From Lingula anatina (Eukaryota; Animalia; Brachiopoda): a stretch of 64,000 nt of DNA. The position numbers were made by a program, and so were the translations under genes. Under the pieces are notes generated by a model, which saw only the letters and a list, made by a program, of their open reading frames with translations, was not told the DNA's origin and did not search any database. Of the stretch, positions 36,350-51,705 are shown in pieces. The stretch's first letter is position 1. Each line of letters begins with the position of its first letter. The stretch spans positions 5,952,001 to 6,016,000 of the forward strand of contig CM120640.1 in assembly GCA_051362555.1 (NCBI GenBank). The letters are read 5' to 3'.

Positions 36350-39300
36350 TGCCTCTGTCCCTTTTCCACTGTGTGAAATAAACTCTATAGATATCAGCGC
36401 TGTAAAGTGAATCCCTGGGAATTTTACTCCACCTTCCTGGTCTGCATGCCTAACATTACAACCGGGGTATGTTTACTATATTTCTGTTGCACAGATTATT
36501 ACCCAACAATCTTCCTGGTATCAGTGGTATGAAGGTAAGTTCTTTTTTTGAAGGATCACCTCATGATTGAGTTTTTCCCATTTTTTTTTACTCAAGAGGA
36601 GAATCCAGGTTATATATACAAGTACACAGAATTGTTATGTGGCTCGGTATATTATTTTTCCTATCCACAAATGTAGTTTTTTTATATCCTGAATAAGCTT
36701 TTTTTGTTCCTTTCTGTATATACAGCTGCTATGGGATCATCTATTGTTGACAAGTCTTATCTTGCTGTCACATTGTCCTAAGCTATGGTACAAATCCACC
36801 AGTGTATACAGTGGTCCTTGTGGTTTCCAAGCCGTTCCTGTTTCACATCACCCTACTGCTGCGGTCCATCTGTAAAAATAACCAACAGAAACAATAGTAT
36901 AGTATAACAATCTTGAGTGAGCCGTGAGAAAGGTTGAGTGTAATGTGTTCTGATTGGCTGGCAGGTTCGGTATATAGTGCACTGCTACTGCAGGCTTATC
37001 CCAACACATAAACTGAATGCGGGTCCATTACATGATATGTACCAGCTTACCTCCTTCATCTGCTATCACACATTAAGAATAGGAAAGAAACACAATGCAC
37101 AAGAGAACATTATATGATTCACTCTTCAAAGAAGTGGAAAGGTTTTTAACTGTGGCCTGTGACTGATAGGGGAAGGGTTATATTAATGGACTTCACATAT
37201 CATTTACTCTCACCACAACTGTTGATCAGTGCACACACCCAATGGACAGGTATAGTGAAACATGTTCACTTGATGGTTTACATGCAGGCAAGGCTGTTTC
37301 TGTAGTCTAATGACAAACTACCACAAAATAAAATACAAGGTAATAATCCACTTTGTAAGATGCCCATCCCAGTTTATTTGTAATTTATTTCATTTTACAA
37401 TTCACATATCATCATAAAATTCCAGTTGACTGTAAAAGTACATTTTTCACATTCAAAATGACAATCTGAACCAAGGGGCGTAGGCATGTAAAAACACCAA
37501 ATCTAAGTGACACATAAAATTTAGTTCTCTCATGACATTTCTTAAAATTCTCACAAACAGCCTGCCTGAAATTGTTTGAAGGGCAATGTGCACCAACTAA
37601 TTATACTTCACTCAATCTTCTCTGGTCATGTACCGACCAGGGAGTCCCCTTCTTTACCTCTACTGTGTCTCCGAGACCCCACTGTGTGGCCTGTTAGTTC
37701 AACAGAGGTTGAGTTGGATTGCCACCGGCGAGTATCATATTAAGGATTATAGTGTAATATTTCCCCAGTGTAAATTGTATGTCAGGAAAATCTTTTCCTT
37801 TTTCTCATTCTGCAGCTCAGAAATCTGTTTAACAGAGCTGATTTGTTAAAAAAACTAAACAAGTACCCTTTTCATAGCTACCCCAAGTGTTTTGTCAACA
37901 ACTACCACAAGAAAGGCCCTTTTCATGATCCATGCTAGCATACAGTACCTGCATGAAGAAGATAAATTAATGATTTCTTATATACAGATATAAAAATTAA
38001 CCAAATACAAAATAATACCCTGATCATATAAAGCATAACTTTGCTGAACTCTCCAAGGTACAGTGCAGATATAATCCTTTTACCAGAGTTCTAACCTAAC
38101 TACCAGTGCATGGCCCATGTCCAGTGCTGGTCAGTATCATCGGTACCATGCAAACAGACTGCCCATGTCCCTTTCCCAGCAAACAAGTGAACTACAGTGC
38201 ACATATCCCATCCAATGAATAATCCAGCACGCCCTCCATGACAAGATAGTAGTATTTATGGCATGGAAGATGACTGATAAGGCAAGTCACATCTAGGAGG
38301 GTCAGCCCTCTGGAGCTGGTGTGTGAGAGATGATTTATGGAGAGAAAGGGCAACAGACCAGGTAGAAGAACCGAAATGTAATCTACACCTCATCTGACCA
38401 TGCATGTGGATGTTCTGAATTAATTGCTGCTGCTGGAGTCAGTGCTGATGTAATCCATGATGTCAGACTAGAAAGCTTTCATTACTAATATTCCTTGAAA
38501 TCTCATGAATTATTGAGATGTGAAAATAATCCTCACCTGACTGGATTGCAAACCTGTAAATCTTATTAATATTAATGACCTTGAGATATTGAATACCATT
38601 TGTTTCCTTTGTAAATGTAAACACTGGTTTCTTTCATTTTATTTTATTTCAAGGGGCTTAAAAAGCTGGGCAACTGTCCTATACAGTGTGCGAGAGCATA
38701 AAATCATCTCATAAATATTGCTCCAAAAATGAGGACATATATTTCTAGACTCTAAACAAATGTGCTAGATTTAAACAGCTGAATCTCTGTACACCTGGGT
38801 AAATACAGAATATACTGTTCTGTATCATCCACCGCTATCATTGGGGTCATTATACATGGATCACAGCCTTACTACAATGAAAACACAAAACACTATGTAG
38901 GAAGATAATTCAGTGGCATCCAAACATACTTAAAAATGTCACTGTGTACAGTATAAATATTCTAGGAATAAAAAAGATGGTCTACCTTCACGCCCAAGTC
39001 CAGTATCCAGAATGGTTAACAAAAACACGTATCCACCTCACTTAGAACTGGGTCACCTTATCTTTCAATTAAATGATAATCCCTGTGGTCCCAAATTCAC
39101 CCACCTTTGCATTAGGTAATTCACCTGCTCACTTCATGTCCACAACAATGGCTCAAAGATTTTCAGCAGTATTCATGCGACTGTCATCTAACAGTAGGGG
39201 AGCTATCATCCTCGTGCACGTCCACACTCTATATAGCGTGTTGTTACTGTACTTAACAATGTTCGCATTGTTTGCCGTATGATGTTTGATGGATTACATC

Positions 39301-40020
39301 GTACTAAAAAATGACAGTGAAGGTAGGCAGATACCCTGCTAATGGAGTGGGATATAAAACAAGCCCCCAGGTACACCAAGGGGAAAAAGTAAAAAAAAGC
39401 CATCATGACAAGACCACCAGCTTAAGTAAAAGCTGAGCATCCTTTGTGTCGGTGCCGCATTTGCACATTACCTGCATGTAATTTTCCTCCCAAGATTTTA
39501 GTTATAATTGACTTCGCAGCTGGTGATATTCCCTTCAAAAGTGAGAGTAAAAAAAGTCTTTAATAATATTCTAGAAAAGCAGAGTAAACAATTATAAACT
39601 GTAGCTCCTTTTTTTTTGTTCAAATCTAGGATCCCTCATATTGGATCCTACTTCTAATGTACGAGTACTTCAAAGATACAAGACATATCTTGTTGTTCAG
39701 TTGTGTTTGGTTGCTGGGTATACACCCAAAGACAAACAAGCCAAGATAACCAGTTCTTGAACTAAGCAGTGATAAGATAGCATAAAAAAACATATGCCAC
39801 TTGGCAGTAAAGGCAAGAGAAAGACCACTTCACACTTGAAAGACCCCGCATATTCTATCTTGTACTTAATGAAATTTATTTTTGCCATTTACCCCTCCAT
39901 AGCAATGAAATGACAGTGCACGGTAGGTGAGCCATGCACTTATGCCCTAAACTGCTGACATGTATTTTCACCTATTATCAACTTAAATGCATTTTAATAT
40001 AATACATATAATTCTATATG

Positions 40021-40084
40021 CAACTAGAAGCATAGAGGTTCATACATATTAAAATATGTATGAACCTCTCTATGCTTCTAGTTG
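40021..40084. repeat. Near-perfect palindrome/hairpin (~30-bp arms)
   Basis: CAACTAGAAGCATAGAGGTTCATACATATT-AA-AATATGTATGAACCTC(TC)TATGCTTCTAGTTG. Confidence 0.9.
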
Positions 40085-43000
40085 GCAGAGAATGGGCAAA
40101 GTGAACTATACATATGTATGTATAAGAATCACTAAAATGAAATACTGAAATTTAATAATAAATATATAAATAAATAAATAAAATAACGAAAAAATAAAAA
40201 ACATTAATAAGTAAATAAAGCAGATAGATAATTTTTTATTATGAATTAAATAACAACTATCTTTATATAATGATAAATTAAAACTAAAAACGATTAAAAA
40301 ATAAAATCCACATTTTCATTTCATGGTTGAAAAAGAAGATAAGATCCGGGTTGTGAAAAAGGAAATTATTTTCCACTGCTTATTATATCAGGGCGTGCAC
40401 ATAAGTTTAACTGGAACACTGAGGAAAGCTATAAAATGAGGAAACCTGCAAATGACTGATTAGCAAGAAGCCCTCATAGTGCTCTCCTTAGGTTGCCATA
40501 AATTCAATCGATAACATCATAAACAAACTTCTCATTTGAACAAGTTATCAGTGTAATAAAGGCAGCAGTAAAATGAAACCAGTTCCTTATTCATATTTGA
40601 TTTTAACCCACTTCATTGATCAAAGAAAACTAAAACAAAACTTACATCCACATATTAAATATAGCTATTGAAACTGGCTCATGCATATTTCATTGAATAT
40701 TATGTTATTTTTTCTACGCACTACAATGCCCTTTATCTCAGAATAAAAAAGAGGATGAGTCTATTTATAGTAAATCCATCTGCTTCTATGAATCATTTCC
40801 ATGGAAACATGGACTCTAACATGCAAGTTAATGGTGGCAATTAGTAGGATAAAAGTGATATGGCCGTACTTATGAGAAACACTATGAAGTATTGGTTCTT
40901 GATCTGCAACATGTTCCCAGAAAGCAGCAGACTCCAGGTGCCTCCTGGACACATGACCCGCTATCTCTAACCACTCAAGCACTGTTAATTCATTTATCAT
41001 TCTAATGTGTCATCTTCAATCAATCTTGGCAGTTTACGATTAAGCCTTTTGGGGATCCTTACAGCTCTCTTACAATACATATTTTTATGAAAACGGATGA
41101 ATAGCACTATATCTTCATTTCGGCTTTAATCCATCAAAATTAGTTTACTAATTTGCTGAAATAAGAATCTTTATACTTTTTCTGCCACAGTAGTTGCCAT
41201 AAACAGTGGCAATGTTTGCAGAACCAGCATACTGACTTACCACTGCAGTTATCTAACAAATGTGTCAAAACCTGCATATTTATCTCTACAAGTGGATCAA
41301 GACACTGAGATTAAATAAGCTTACCTGCAACTTTAAACATCACTAATGGCTATGTGTATAGAAAGTGTATAGACTACTGTGGTTGTTACTTGGTGTGTAA
41401 ACCTATGTATTCCTCAGATCCTCCTTCAGTTCTGTTGTCTCCCAGAGTGTAATGCTCTGTTCCTTCAAGACATTAAAGGCATGACATAATTGCATGGTTG
41501 TTAGGAAGTCAGGTAGACAGACTCTCTGACTTCAGATTGCACCTTCTATCATCTAGAAATCAGTCATTAGAGAAAGTGGGCATCAAGTGTAAAGTAATTA
41601 AAATAGGCTGGGACAGGGGAGATATTGTCCACTTTTAATTGGTGAGACAGACAGGGAGATTTGACAGAGATCTGAAAGCATGTGATCTACATATCTAATT
41701 TGAATATAATGTCATGTACTATAGAAAGCAGACCTGTTGATCAATGTTCGTAGAAAAACCATAAAAAGCATCGTAAATTATAAATGAAAGATATCCTTTT
41801 TAATTGTCACAGGACAACAGAAGTATCTATCTAGAGAAAGAACCAAAATGTAAAATTTAAAGTCCATCTGACTGAAGAATGTTGGAGACTTCAGTCTGCT
41901 CATTAGAAAATGACTAATCTGCTATAAAATTGGCAGAGAGACTTATATCGCAGTAGCTACATTACAAGATGTGACACTAGACAAACAAACTTGCTCCTAC
42001 ACATCATGTGACCCCGTGACTTTGCTTTGTTTCTGAGGCATTGTTTTTGCACAGCCCAATGACTTTTTTGCTTCTGTTTTCCAGAGTTTAGACCATGGCA
42101 TAAAACAAGCAGAAGAAAACAAAACAAACTGCTTAATGGTTTGTAAATTTTCCAGCACATTAGGTCATTGAATTGCTTGTACCTAAATGGAAATAGACTA
42201 GGCATCTTTTTCTCACGGGCAAAGATGAAAAAAATGAAAAAAAGTTCAAAAATTTCACACAAGCTCTGGACGTGCCAAAATCCTAGTCACTGTGATGGGA
42301 AAAGAAATGCTCTTCCAAGTTCTACATATTGCTACATCTATGTGATATACACTTCTGTTAGTTTATTGAATATATTTGATCATTCTTCTCACAGATCAAT
42401 ACCAATCTGAACAGGTGACAATGCAGTCTGTATATAACCAGCTGATTGATTATAACTTCCCCCTCAGTTAACAGCCAAGTTAAAGCCTCAAAGCTGGCAA
42501 TGTCCAATAAAAATGGAGTATCCAGCAGTGCAACTGTACAACAGGGAGACATTTCATCAAATTGATGGAATGGAAATTGGAAGATTGAATTATTATCCCC
42601 TAATGAGATTTTCAAATGAATAATCAAATCTCACATCAATCTTAAAAAATATCAAGATGGTCAGGATGAAATAATGTGGGTTTTAGAGAGAAAATCAAGC
42701 AAATTGGTTGCTGGATAAGAAACAAAATGGGTACAAGACTTATGTAGAAAAGTAGAAAATGTGAAAAAGAGAGGAGTTCATTCTGGAGTACATAGAGTAC
42801 AAAAGCATCAGAAAATTACAAAAGAACGATCAATCACAAGTACTAAGACCCATGGGCACTTAGGAAAATATCCACTGTCTTGATTTTATTTTTCAGTAAT
42901 TTACTGGGAGTTGTTCCTGGTGTAGTGTGCATAAAAAAATCTCAACATAAGAGAGGCCTGGATGTGTCTGTGCCTATGATATAATGGCATGTGTCAGGGT

Positions 43001-46000
43001 TTTTGTTGGGTCGTCAAGGTTTGAGATCTCTATCCACCCTACTAGGTTCTGTCCCATGTTCAAAGGCAATGTTTTTCATGAATAGTTTAGCTAAAGAGAC
43101 ACTTTGGGAAACAAAAATACATTAGATTTAAGAATACCCATACTGTATCAATGTGAAAAGAGTAAGATTCATTTTCATTATAATAGCAGTTGAAATATTT
43201 CATTCTTTTGAAAGCTAAGTGGGAGTAATGATAGATAGTGATACTTCACTTCAAAGCTTGTCTCTGCACAAACAAGTGACATTTCTAGCTTTAAATGACC
43301 CATGACCATGCATTGTTTTGAGGCAGGCCACAATTACCACTAATATACTTAGCCTCTGATCTATTTACTAATTAAGTTAGTGGGGCATTGTTGACATTTT
43401 TTGGATGGTCATTAATACCCACCCTGCAAAAACTCTACAGCAGACTTGACAGGGTAATCAATAAAATTGATATGAGGAGAGTGGACAAGTTCTGAACACT
43501 CAACATCTGAAATGTATCTCTGAAATCCAATTCTTCTGGGTGCTACTTTCAACTCCATCATGATCAAATGGGCGGGGTCAGAGACTTCCACAGGGGACCC
43601 GGGCTTGTGTGCCCGTGGCAAAGGTCAGAGGGAGTTAAAATACTAAATAGTGGTCGCCTAAAGAGACTCCAATGGGATTGGTATGAGGTGGCACTCAGCT
43701 TATCAACCTTTTAGTCAACAATGAACATATTGAGATATCAAATATAAGATCTTAATGATATCCTTGTGACCTTTTTAGATGAAAGCAATACTTAGAAGAA
43801 AACAGAGAATATAATCATCCACATACCTGTAAAAGTCCATGACAAACTATTTGTATGCCATAGATAAAGTTTTTGAAATCAATGACTGAGACCCCTGGAT
43901 TCCCTAACACCACAATGACCTTACTGTGTAGTCTGATGGTCACAAGAAATCTAAATCGCATCTATTATGGAAAAATGAATTTTATCAGGTTAATCAGGAT
44001 CATATGACCAAGCCTGTGCTTTTTACTGACTGTCTATATTCTACCACATGCAGGTGCGTTGTTAAGACAATAATGAAAAAAAACTGATTGAAGGAAGATA
44101 CTTAAAGAAAACCGGCGCCAAAATTCAGATCAAATTTTCTTATTTTCAGACCAAGTCTGTTTAAGAAAAAAAATTAAAAGTCATGCCCCTAACTGAAATC
44201 AATATTTAACTACCCTATTCACAGTGCCTAGATTTCATAAACCCAAAAATGGTTTCATGATTACATGCATTGAATGCAACACATTTCCCAGAACTTCAAG
44301 AATATCATGTTGAATACTGACTTTTCACGTCACAGCAGATCTGAAGCATGAGGGCCAATATACTGGAATAAATTGGACAGAAAAAAACAGATGGTAAGAA
44401 ATTTTACTCCACCCTAACAGCCCTAACTCCTAGCATTATGGAGATCACTTGAGAGTCCTTCCAAGTGTTCCAGCAATCAAAAGCAACAAGGGTGTGTACA
44501 GAAACACAGCAGATGTTCGAATCAGGTGAGCCGAAGTCTGGCTATGTCTCTGCAGGACATAGGTGTATATAAAGAATACACTGAAGAGAAAAAAAGGAAT
44601 CTGACTACCTAGACAGTGTTCAAGTGATTGCTGATAATCAGCTGGTGAATAATGCTTATTTTTTTCAACAAGAACTGATAATATGCAATTCAACACCCAA
44701 GCAGTGATGCAACCTCACATCATGTGCACTCAACTATGACTTGTCTGTTTTTTTTTCTGCATGGAGTTTAAATACACATCAGACTGACGCACAGGTCATT
44801 AATGTGCCTGTCTGGAGTTTAAAGAATATTGGGCAGGTGAACTTTAAGTGTTAACCTTACCACTACAGGACCAGCCAGGTGTACTGTGTGGATACATTAC
44901 CTAGTCACCTCATCATAATAGATCTAGGCAATTACTTCTCCATCTCCTTGGGCAAAAATACAGAGAATCATTCAAGAAATATATACATGATGGAAAGCCA
45001 CATGATAGTATCAGTTGTTGCCAGGCAGAGAGTAATTACAGATATCTGCAAGCATCAAGTTGTACATTATAGTCAAAACAAAATTAAGACAGACAAAATT
45101 AAAATTTAGTTGACTTTTAATTTTTTATGTTAATTTCACCTGATGTACATGTACCCTGCAGGTATCCATCAGACTTGCTTGGATTCATGACATTAATTAT
45201 ACAATTACAATTTAAAAATCAAATAAACATCAAACTCCACAAGGAAAGATTAAGGCTTTCATCATTGGCTTCAACAATACTTACATACTTGTACAAAGCA
45301 AACTTCTTTCATTTTGCATAAAAGTTTTCTTGTATCATTTAAAATTTTCATAAAGCCAACATAAAAAATTCCCAGCAATTTAACTTTATGAGAAATAGCT
45401 TCTCACAATACTGCCTCTGTGCTCAGCCTATCTGACGGCAGTTGACAGGTTTACAATGCCTAATGGAAGTAGCCGTCTGACTTGATAACATAAGACCTGC
45501 CCAGAAGCTAGAGCATTTCTTTCTCTCTGAAAACTGCTGACAGGTTCTTGGGAGTAGGTCTGGCATTTACATTGTGAGACCTGTCTCAATATTGTCAGAC
45601 ATTTCATTTTAGTAATTACAACTATTTATAAGAATGCCAATCATGTCTGCTAACTTTTCCCTATCTCAACTTGTTACTGTCATGGTCAATCTAACCTGTC
45701 ACAGTGAAGAGCCCTATAGACCTGTGGGTAACTCCATGACCCATTAATTGAAATGGAAGTAAATTGTAATGCCACTTCCATTAACCCATAGACCAACATT
45801 TGCAGAAGAAAAACCAAGAAATAGATTTAATCAATTAGGGTGCGGTGGGGTAGGTCCAAAACTGAGACCGCATTCAACAGTGCGACTGTTACGTTAGTCC
45901 CCTCCATGCAGGAGTAGCCATGCATCCACAATCACACAAATTGGCTTCACTTTTATTTACAATAAGCACCGTGCTATGTGGGGGTGAGTGAACAGTGAGT

Positions 46001-49000
46001 AGAGAGTAACATGTGAGTAGTGGCATGTGTTAACAGATCCATGCAGTAAAAATCGCAATGATGGAACTTTGCCAAAGAGACTACCATCCTGGCAACAATG
46101 GACTTCTCGATTGGAAAAAAAATAAAAAAACTGCTGCATTTAGGTGTTTTTGCGTGAAGTGATTCACTGAGTTAATGAAAAGCTAAATCATTTCTGTGCA
46201 GAATTGTACAATTTGACATTTTCCTTTTTTTACTACTTGCGAAGATTAAGAGAAAGAGAGTGGTGACCTTCTGCCAGGAACCTTCTGATTGCAACAGTCA
46301 AATTCAATCAATGACAGTCTGTCTGCAAGAAGAACTACTGTGGTGATGGTAAGACATTTAATTATAAATATTTCCATAGCCAGTAAAGATCCTAGCTACT
46401 GGACACCTCTATCTGCAGACACGGGTATTCATACCACAGACCAACTCCTGCTGGCAACCCTAGTCACAGCTCATTAGATAGCTCATTAGAGGCACGTCTG
46501 CTAAATATTTGATCATCCTATTAATACAAACACTGCTAATTAGAAACTATGCAGGAATATTAACAAGTGTGCCTACCTGGTCTACCTATGTCGTCTTAAA
46601 TGAGTTCCTACCTATTGTTTTTAATGCAATTTAATACAGTTTGGGTACCATAAAAAGAGATGAACAAATTTTACTTGTAATAATGAGAGGTCATTTTAAA
46701 ATAGTAAAAATTTATATACAAATATACAGGAATAAGAAAATAAAAATGCATGTTGTCCTTTATCTGCCAGTGATTTCTGATCCAGAAAATTACCAGTATT
46801 TTGAATTCCATTTGATCATGTAGTTCCATGTCTGCTGAATATACTGCTGAGGCATGTAAGTGGGCAATGCATGCAACCAGGTAATTATATATATCATAGT
46901 TAGGAAATCCTATATTTCAATGACATATGATTTTCACACAGAGTCAAACTCAGTAAAGGTGTTACTGGGTGCAGTAAGCAAGAAAACAACCACTACTACA
47001 GAACTGGCTCATGAAACAACAGGTAAAAAATATCAATGGGTTGGCCAACATTTTGCTCAGCAAAATTGCCTTCTGATTTTCTTGTCACTAACAGTAGAAA
47101 ATTGTTGACATAAAATGTGCAGACTTCAAAAATTGTATCAAACTCATTTGGTGATTTTCAGTTCTTCAAACTGATGTTTTTTCAACTATTGGCTGCTAGC
47201 CCAACTAACAATCTTTTGAAGTTCACATAAAGTAAAATCAGCGTAAGAGCAGTAGTAAGCAAATAAATAAAATGCCTCTTACCTGTATATAAACACAAAA
47301 AGATCCAAGATATGAAAAAAAAACCTAGTTCAATGAATCATAGGATTCAGATCCAACACACTCATGTATCTGGATATAGAAAACTGCCCTAGATGAGGTG
47401 TAGAACAGTTAGCTAGCTGCCAAGATATTCCAGCTCATCTTCTGGGATGTGCTTCTCCATACAACTCTAACACTAGTACTGCTGAACAGGTAAACTTTTC
47501 CTTGAAGTGGGTCAGCTCTCCAGTCAGCCGTACTGGGAAAATGTTTATGCTCAAAAAAACATCTGTGTGGCGATGGAAACCGACTCCAGGTGTACCTGGG
47601 TTCACTCTCTAATGATCCTATCTGACTGGGGAGGGCAACATTACAGATAATTTCTGGCGGCACTACATCTGCTTTGCATCTCCTATAGAGTGTTTTCACA
47701 CTAAATCGCTCAGAGATGAAGACAAAATTGACTAGACTGGCACAGTTTGTGTTTATGTAGCACAGGTAAAGTTGACTTCATTACCTGGTTCTGAGACTCA
47801 TTTGATACAGCTGTGTCAAATTCAGATGCTCATAAGTGTCTTCTTAACATGTGATTTCATTACGTGTATGGTACAGTATGGACAGCTAACTTACATGCCA
47901 CGTAAGATGGTAAAATCAATGCAGTCCTTATTGATTTACCTGCAGTATTACAGAACTTACCTATGTACTGTACTAAGAATATGGACACTTTTTTTTTTGT
48001 TAATGTGCAAAATAAAATCAATCCAATGAAATTTTGGGTTAAGATAATAATGATATTTTTCTTTCATTTTGGTCCAAGAAAAGATCCCCTATAACTACTG
48101 AGTAAATTAACTTGTATTATAAAGTTGAGAGTATCACGTAACCAACCATGAGCTAGCATAAAAATGTTCAGTTGCGTTCTCCTATTAGATGGAATTTAAT
48201 TAAGCCAAAGAGTTGATATAAAAGTAACCTAGAGCTCCTTGCAGGGCAATGAAAGAAACCATAGAAAACAGAACACAGAAAACACAATTACCAAAAAAAA
48301 TTTACACTTTGAAACAGTATCAATAACCAAAGAACATTTTTTCATTCTCTGATTCACAATGGCGTTAAGAATTCTGAATGAAAAGAAAACTGATATGGCC
48401 GCTTTTGCTTAACTGTGACATTTTTCCATTTTCAGTTGTCACATGGTAATAAAAAAATAACAAAACCAGTTCCTCCATAGCAGTTTACTGTTGTTTAAAT
48501 ATACTACAAAAATCCTAAGATACAGGAATTGAGTTTAATGACAAAACAAAACTTTACCATTACATTAAAATAAGTTGTTTTACGATTATTTAGAACAATA
48601 AAATATGTATATAAAAAGGGAAACTTACCAATTCATCTGTCACGTATATTATCTTCCACTGTCAGGCAAAGATGCTATTCAAAAAAATTAAAAAATGAGA
48701 GATGACCTAGTGAACTCAAAAATTTGATGTCATAAATTAGGCAAATGCTCTCAGTACTGTGTAAAGGCATCTCTGCGCGATAAATATATACAGTTCAATG
48801 CCCAATCAGTTTAGCTGACATAATGAAGCTAAAATTTCCTGTGTGAATCAGAAAAACAAGTTTCACATATAGCCAAGCAAAGTGATGAATGCATGACAAG
48901 TCCTGATAGACATACACATGTCAAAATTATGCTATAATGTTCCCCCACACAGCGATACCTTCTTCACGTGTTCAATGAACATTTAAATGTACCTAATGGT

Positions 49001-51429
49001 GGACATGTAATTCAAAATGCTTGCCAAAAAATATCTATGGTCATACAAAAAAAAAAAGTATTACACTTAAGTGTTTTTAAATCTGGCTCCATCTAGAACA
49101 TGCATGATCTCACTCAGCATAAAAAAAGGTTTAATTCAACTTCCAGTTGTGATGCATCTTTAGCATCTGCCCCACTTCTATCAAAAAACTGGCATGCTGT
49201 CAATAAAATATGTTACAAAAACCAGGCACCACAAGCTTTTTTCTTGCAAATTAATAAAGCCCAAGTACTAGATATACTGTCAGTTAGAGAGTGCACCTGG
49301 TTGCTCAATACAGCAACATACTAACCACATCAATATCTCATGGAAGTCTTTCAAGTAGTAGCAACGAGATGGGTGCCCTGGGTTGAAATAAACCAACAAA
49401 TGAAGCTCAGGACTTCGTCATCTGTCCAGGTGACCATACACACATTTACATATCACACTTACAACACCTGTTAATCTAAAGCAAATAATTCTATCTCTTA
49501 AAACCAACACTTATCTCCCACAACTGTTAATTATGCAAAAATGAAACATGATTATTTTCAAAATACCTGACTTTACTGTGTTCTGTTATGAGTTCTCTTC
49601 CTATCTCAAGCAGAGCATTTAAAGAATCAAAGACATACCTGAAATGTCTCCCCTACCTGTGATATCTTACACACTCTCAGCACAAAGGCAGGTACACACA
49701 GTTACACAATGAGGCATAACTATATACCCCACATTCATTGGCCATCTGGATGTGTTTGGTCCCCACAACAAAACCCAGGTGACTTATTTATTCTGATTAA
49801 ATTGACTGATAATTGTCACCTTCAGCCATCTACAACCAAAATTTGTCTTTCTCTATACACATCAAAGGGAAGCAGGCAGACCTCATATCTACTTATTACT
49901 TAAAGGGATCATTAATTTAAAGAGTTTGAAATTGCTTTACAATCCATGCTATTGTTCTCAGAGCACAATGTAGCTGATATCACAGATTTTCATATGATTT
50001 TAGTTCTGAGACAGAATTTCCATCTCAACTGATGACAGTTACCAAGTGCAGAGGGAAGTTTTGAAGGAAATTAAGAGAGTGACATGGGTGACATGATGCC
50101 TCTTATTAATAAAAATCTACACATTTTGAGACCACAAGTAATGGAAAGCGATTCATCTTGGCAGCCCACTTCCCGAGTTGCAGACAGATAACCATCAGCA
50201 TTTTCTCATTAACCTTCAGGGTGACACATCTGGTCAGACGGTCTGACCAAATGACCATGTAGCAAGCAACCCTGCACACAGGTAATATATCTCACATGTC
50301 AGCGGAGACTTACCTTCAATTTTCATTTAAGGAGAGGAAATCAGATGAAGAAAGGGGAAGGGGGAGGGAAGCAAATTCACAGCAAATTCTCCAAGGGCAG
50401 AATGCTGACAACAGATGGGATTCACAACATATTGTTAAAGAGATAAAGGATACTTACAGATGCCCTGTGAACAGCAGACTTTCTATTTCTCCCCTGAAGA
50501 ACAAATGGCACCTGAGTATGAAAGGACAAGTCTAATCCTCAAGCCTGATTATATTTGCCATTAAATATTGCATTAAACAAATTAAGCCTTTGTAATAACA
50601 AATGTCACTGGGTCTAATGGAAAATGGGGGGTACCCCTGTGAAGACTGCATTGTTTTGTTACAGCTTCAAAGCAACCAGTTCCACGTAACCTTTTCTTAA
50701 CTTGCCAAATATTGATAGAACCAGACATAAATTGGACATGCACACACAATGAAAGTCAATTCTAACAAGGGAAGGTATTTTTGGGGCAATCCATAATCCT
50801 TTCTCTGGTGAATGGACAATATGAAATTTAGGGATTAATGTCACTGTTTGTGGTCAGTTCCATACCGGACAATAAACAAGACTGTTCACTAAACAAGAAT
50901 AAGATGGATTTTAAAAACATATGAAATGTTCAACCATCATTTCATTTTCTTACACAAATACATTTAAAGAAATTCCTCAAGCAATCAATCATTTTTTCCT
51001 CCAAAAACTTTAAGCTGCTTCCATTATTTGCAAATTACTTAAAATATGATATGGGGTGATGAAGCTTATATTTGCATATCCTGTAGAGGGAGGGGGGTAT
51101 GTTATGGAAGGAAAAATACTTTGGAACAAAAGACATATATTCTTCATCTGTACTATCCTTATTTGATGTGTTCAGTAGTGATAATGATAATGACCATGAT
51201 CTCCAAAAGCTATCTTTACTTTAACATCATCAAAAAACAGCAAATAGGTAAAAAAAATTTAAATACAGGCTATGTTTGGGTGCTAAAAATGTCTTAAAAG
51301 TGCTTTTGAAATAATCATTATTTAACTGAAAAAATTTCAGATTGAGGAAAAAAAAGCCACCTATGATAGCTGAATAATCAATATTTTTGGTGAAATAAAT
51401 AGATCAGCTTCCTTGGTCTTTCAAATTTC

Positions 51430-51705
51430 TTTTATATATAAATTTATAATAAATTGTGAGAACATGTTTTTAACTTGATGACTTAAATGGGATAGTGTGT
51501 CTCACACCAAGGGTAGTAAATGGAAAAAAAATCTATAAAATGCTCTTAACAAAGATGGGTTTTTTTTCCTTGATTCTCAAATGTCAAATATATATACAAA
51601 GTTGTAATAAATTGTGAGAACATATTTTTTATCTTGAATCCAAAACAGGATATTATGTTTCACATCAACAGTAATAAATAAAAATTTTAAAAATCTACAA
51701 TAATT
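51430..51705. repeat. Diverged tandem duplication, ~160-bp unit
   Basis: TAATAAATTGTGAGAACAT.TTTTTA.CTTGA...TCACA.CAA...AAAATCTA occurs at ~51447 and again at ~51605. Confidence 0.65.
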
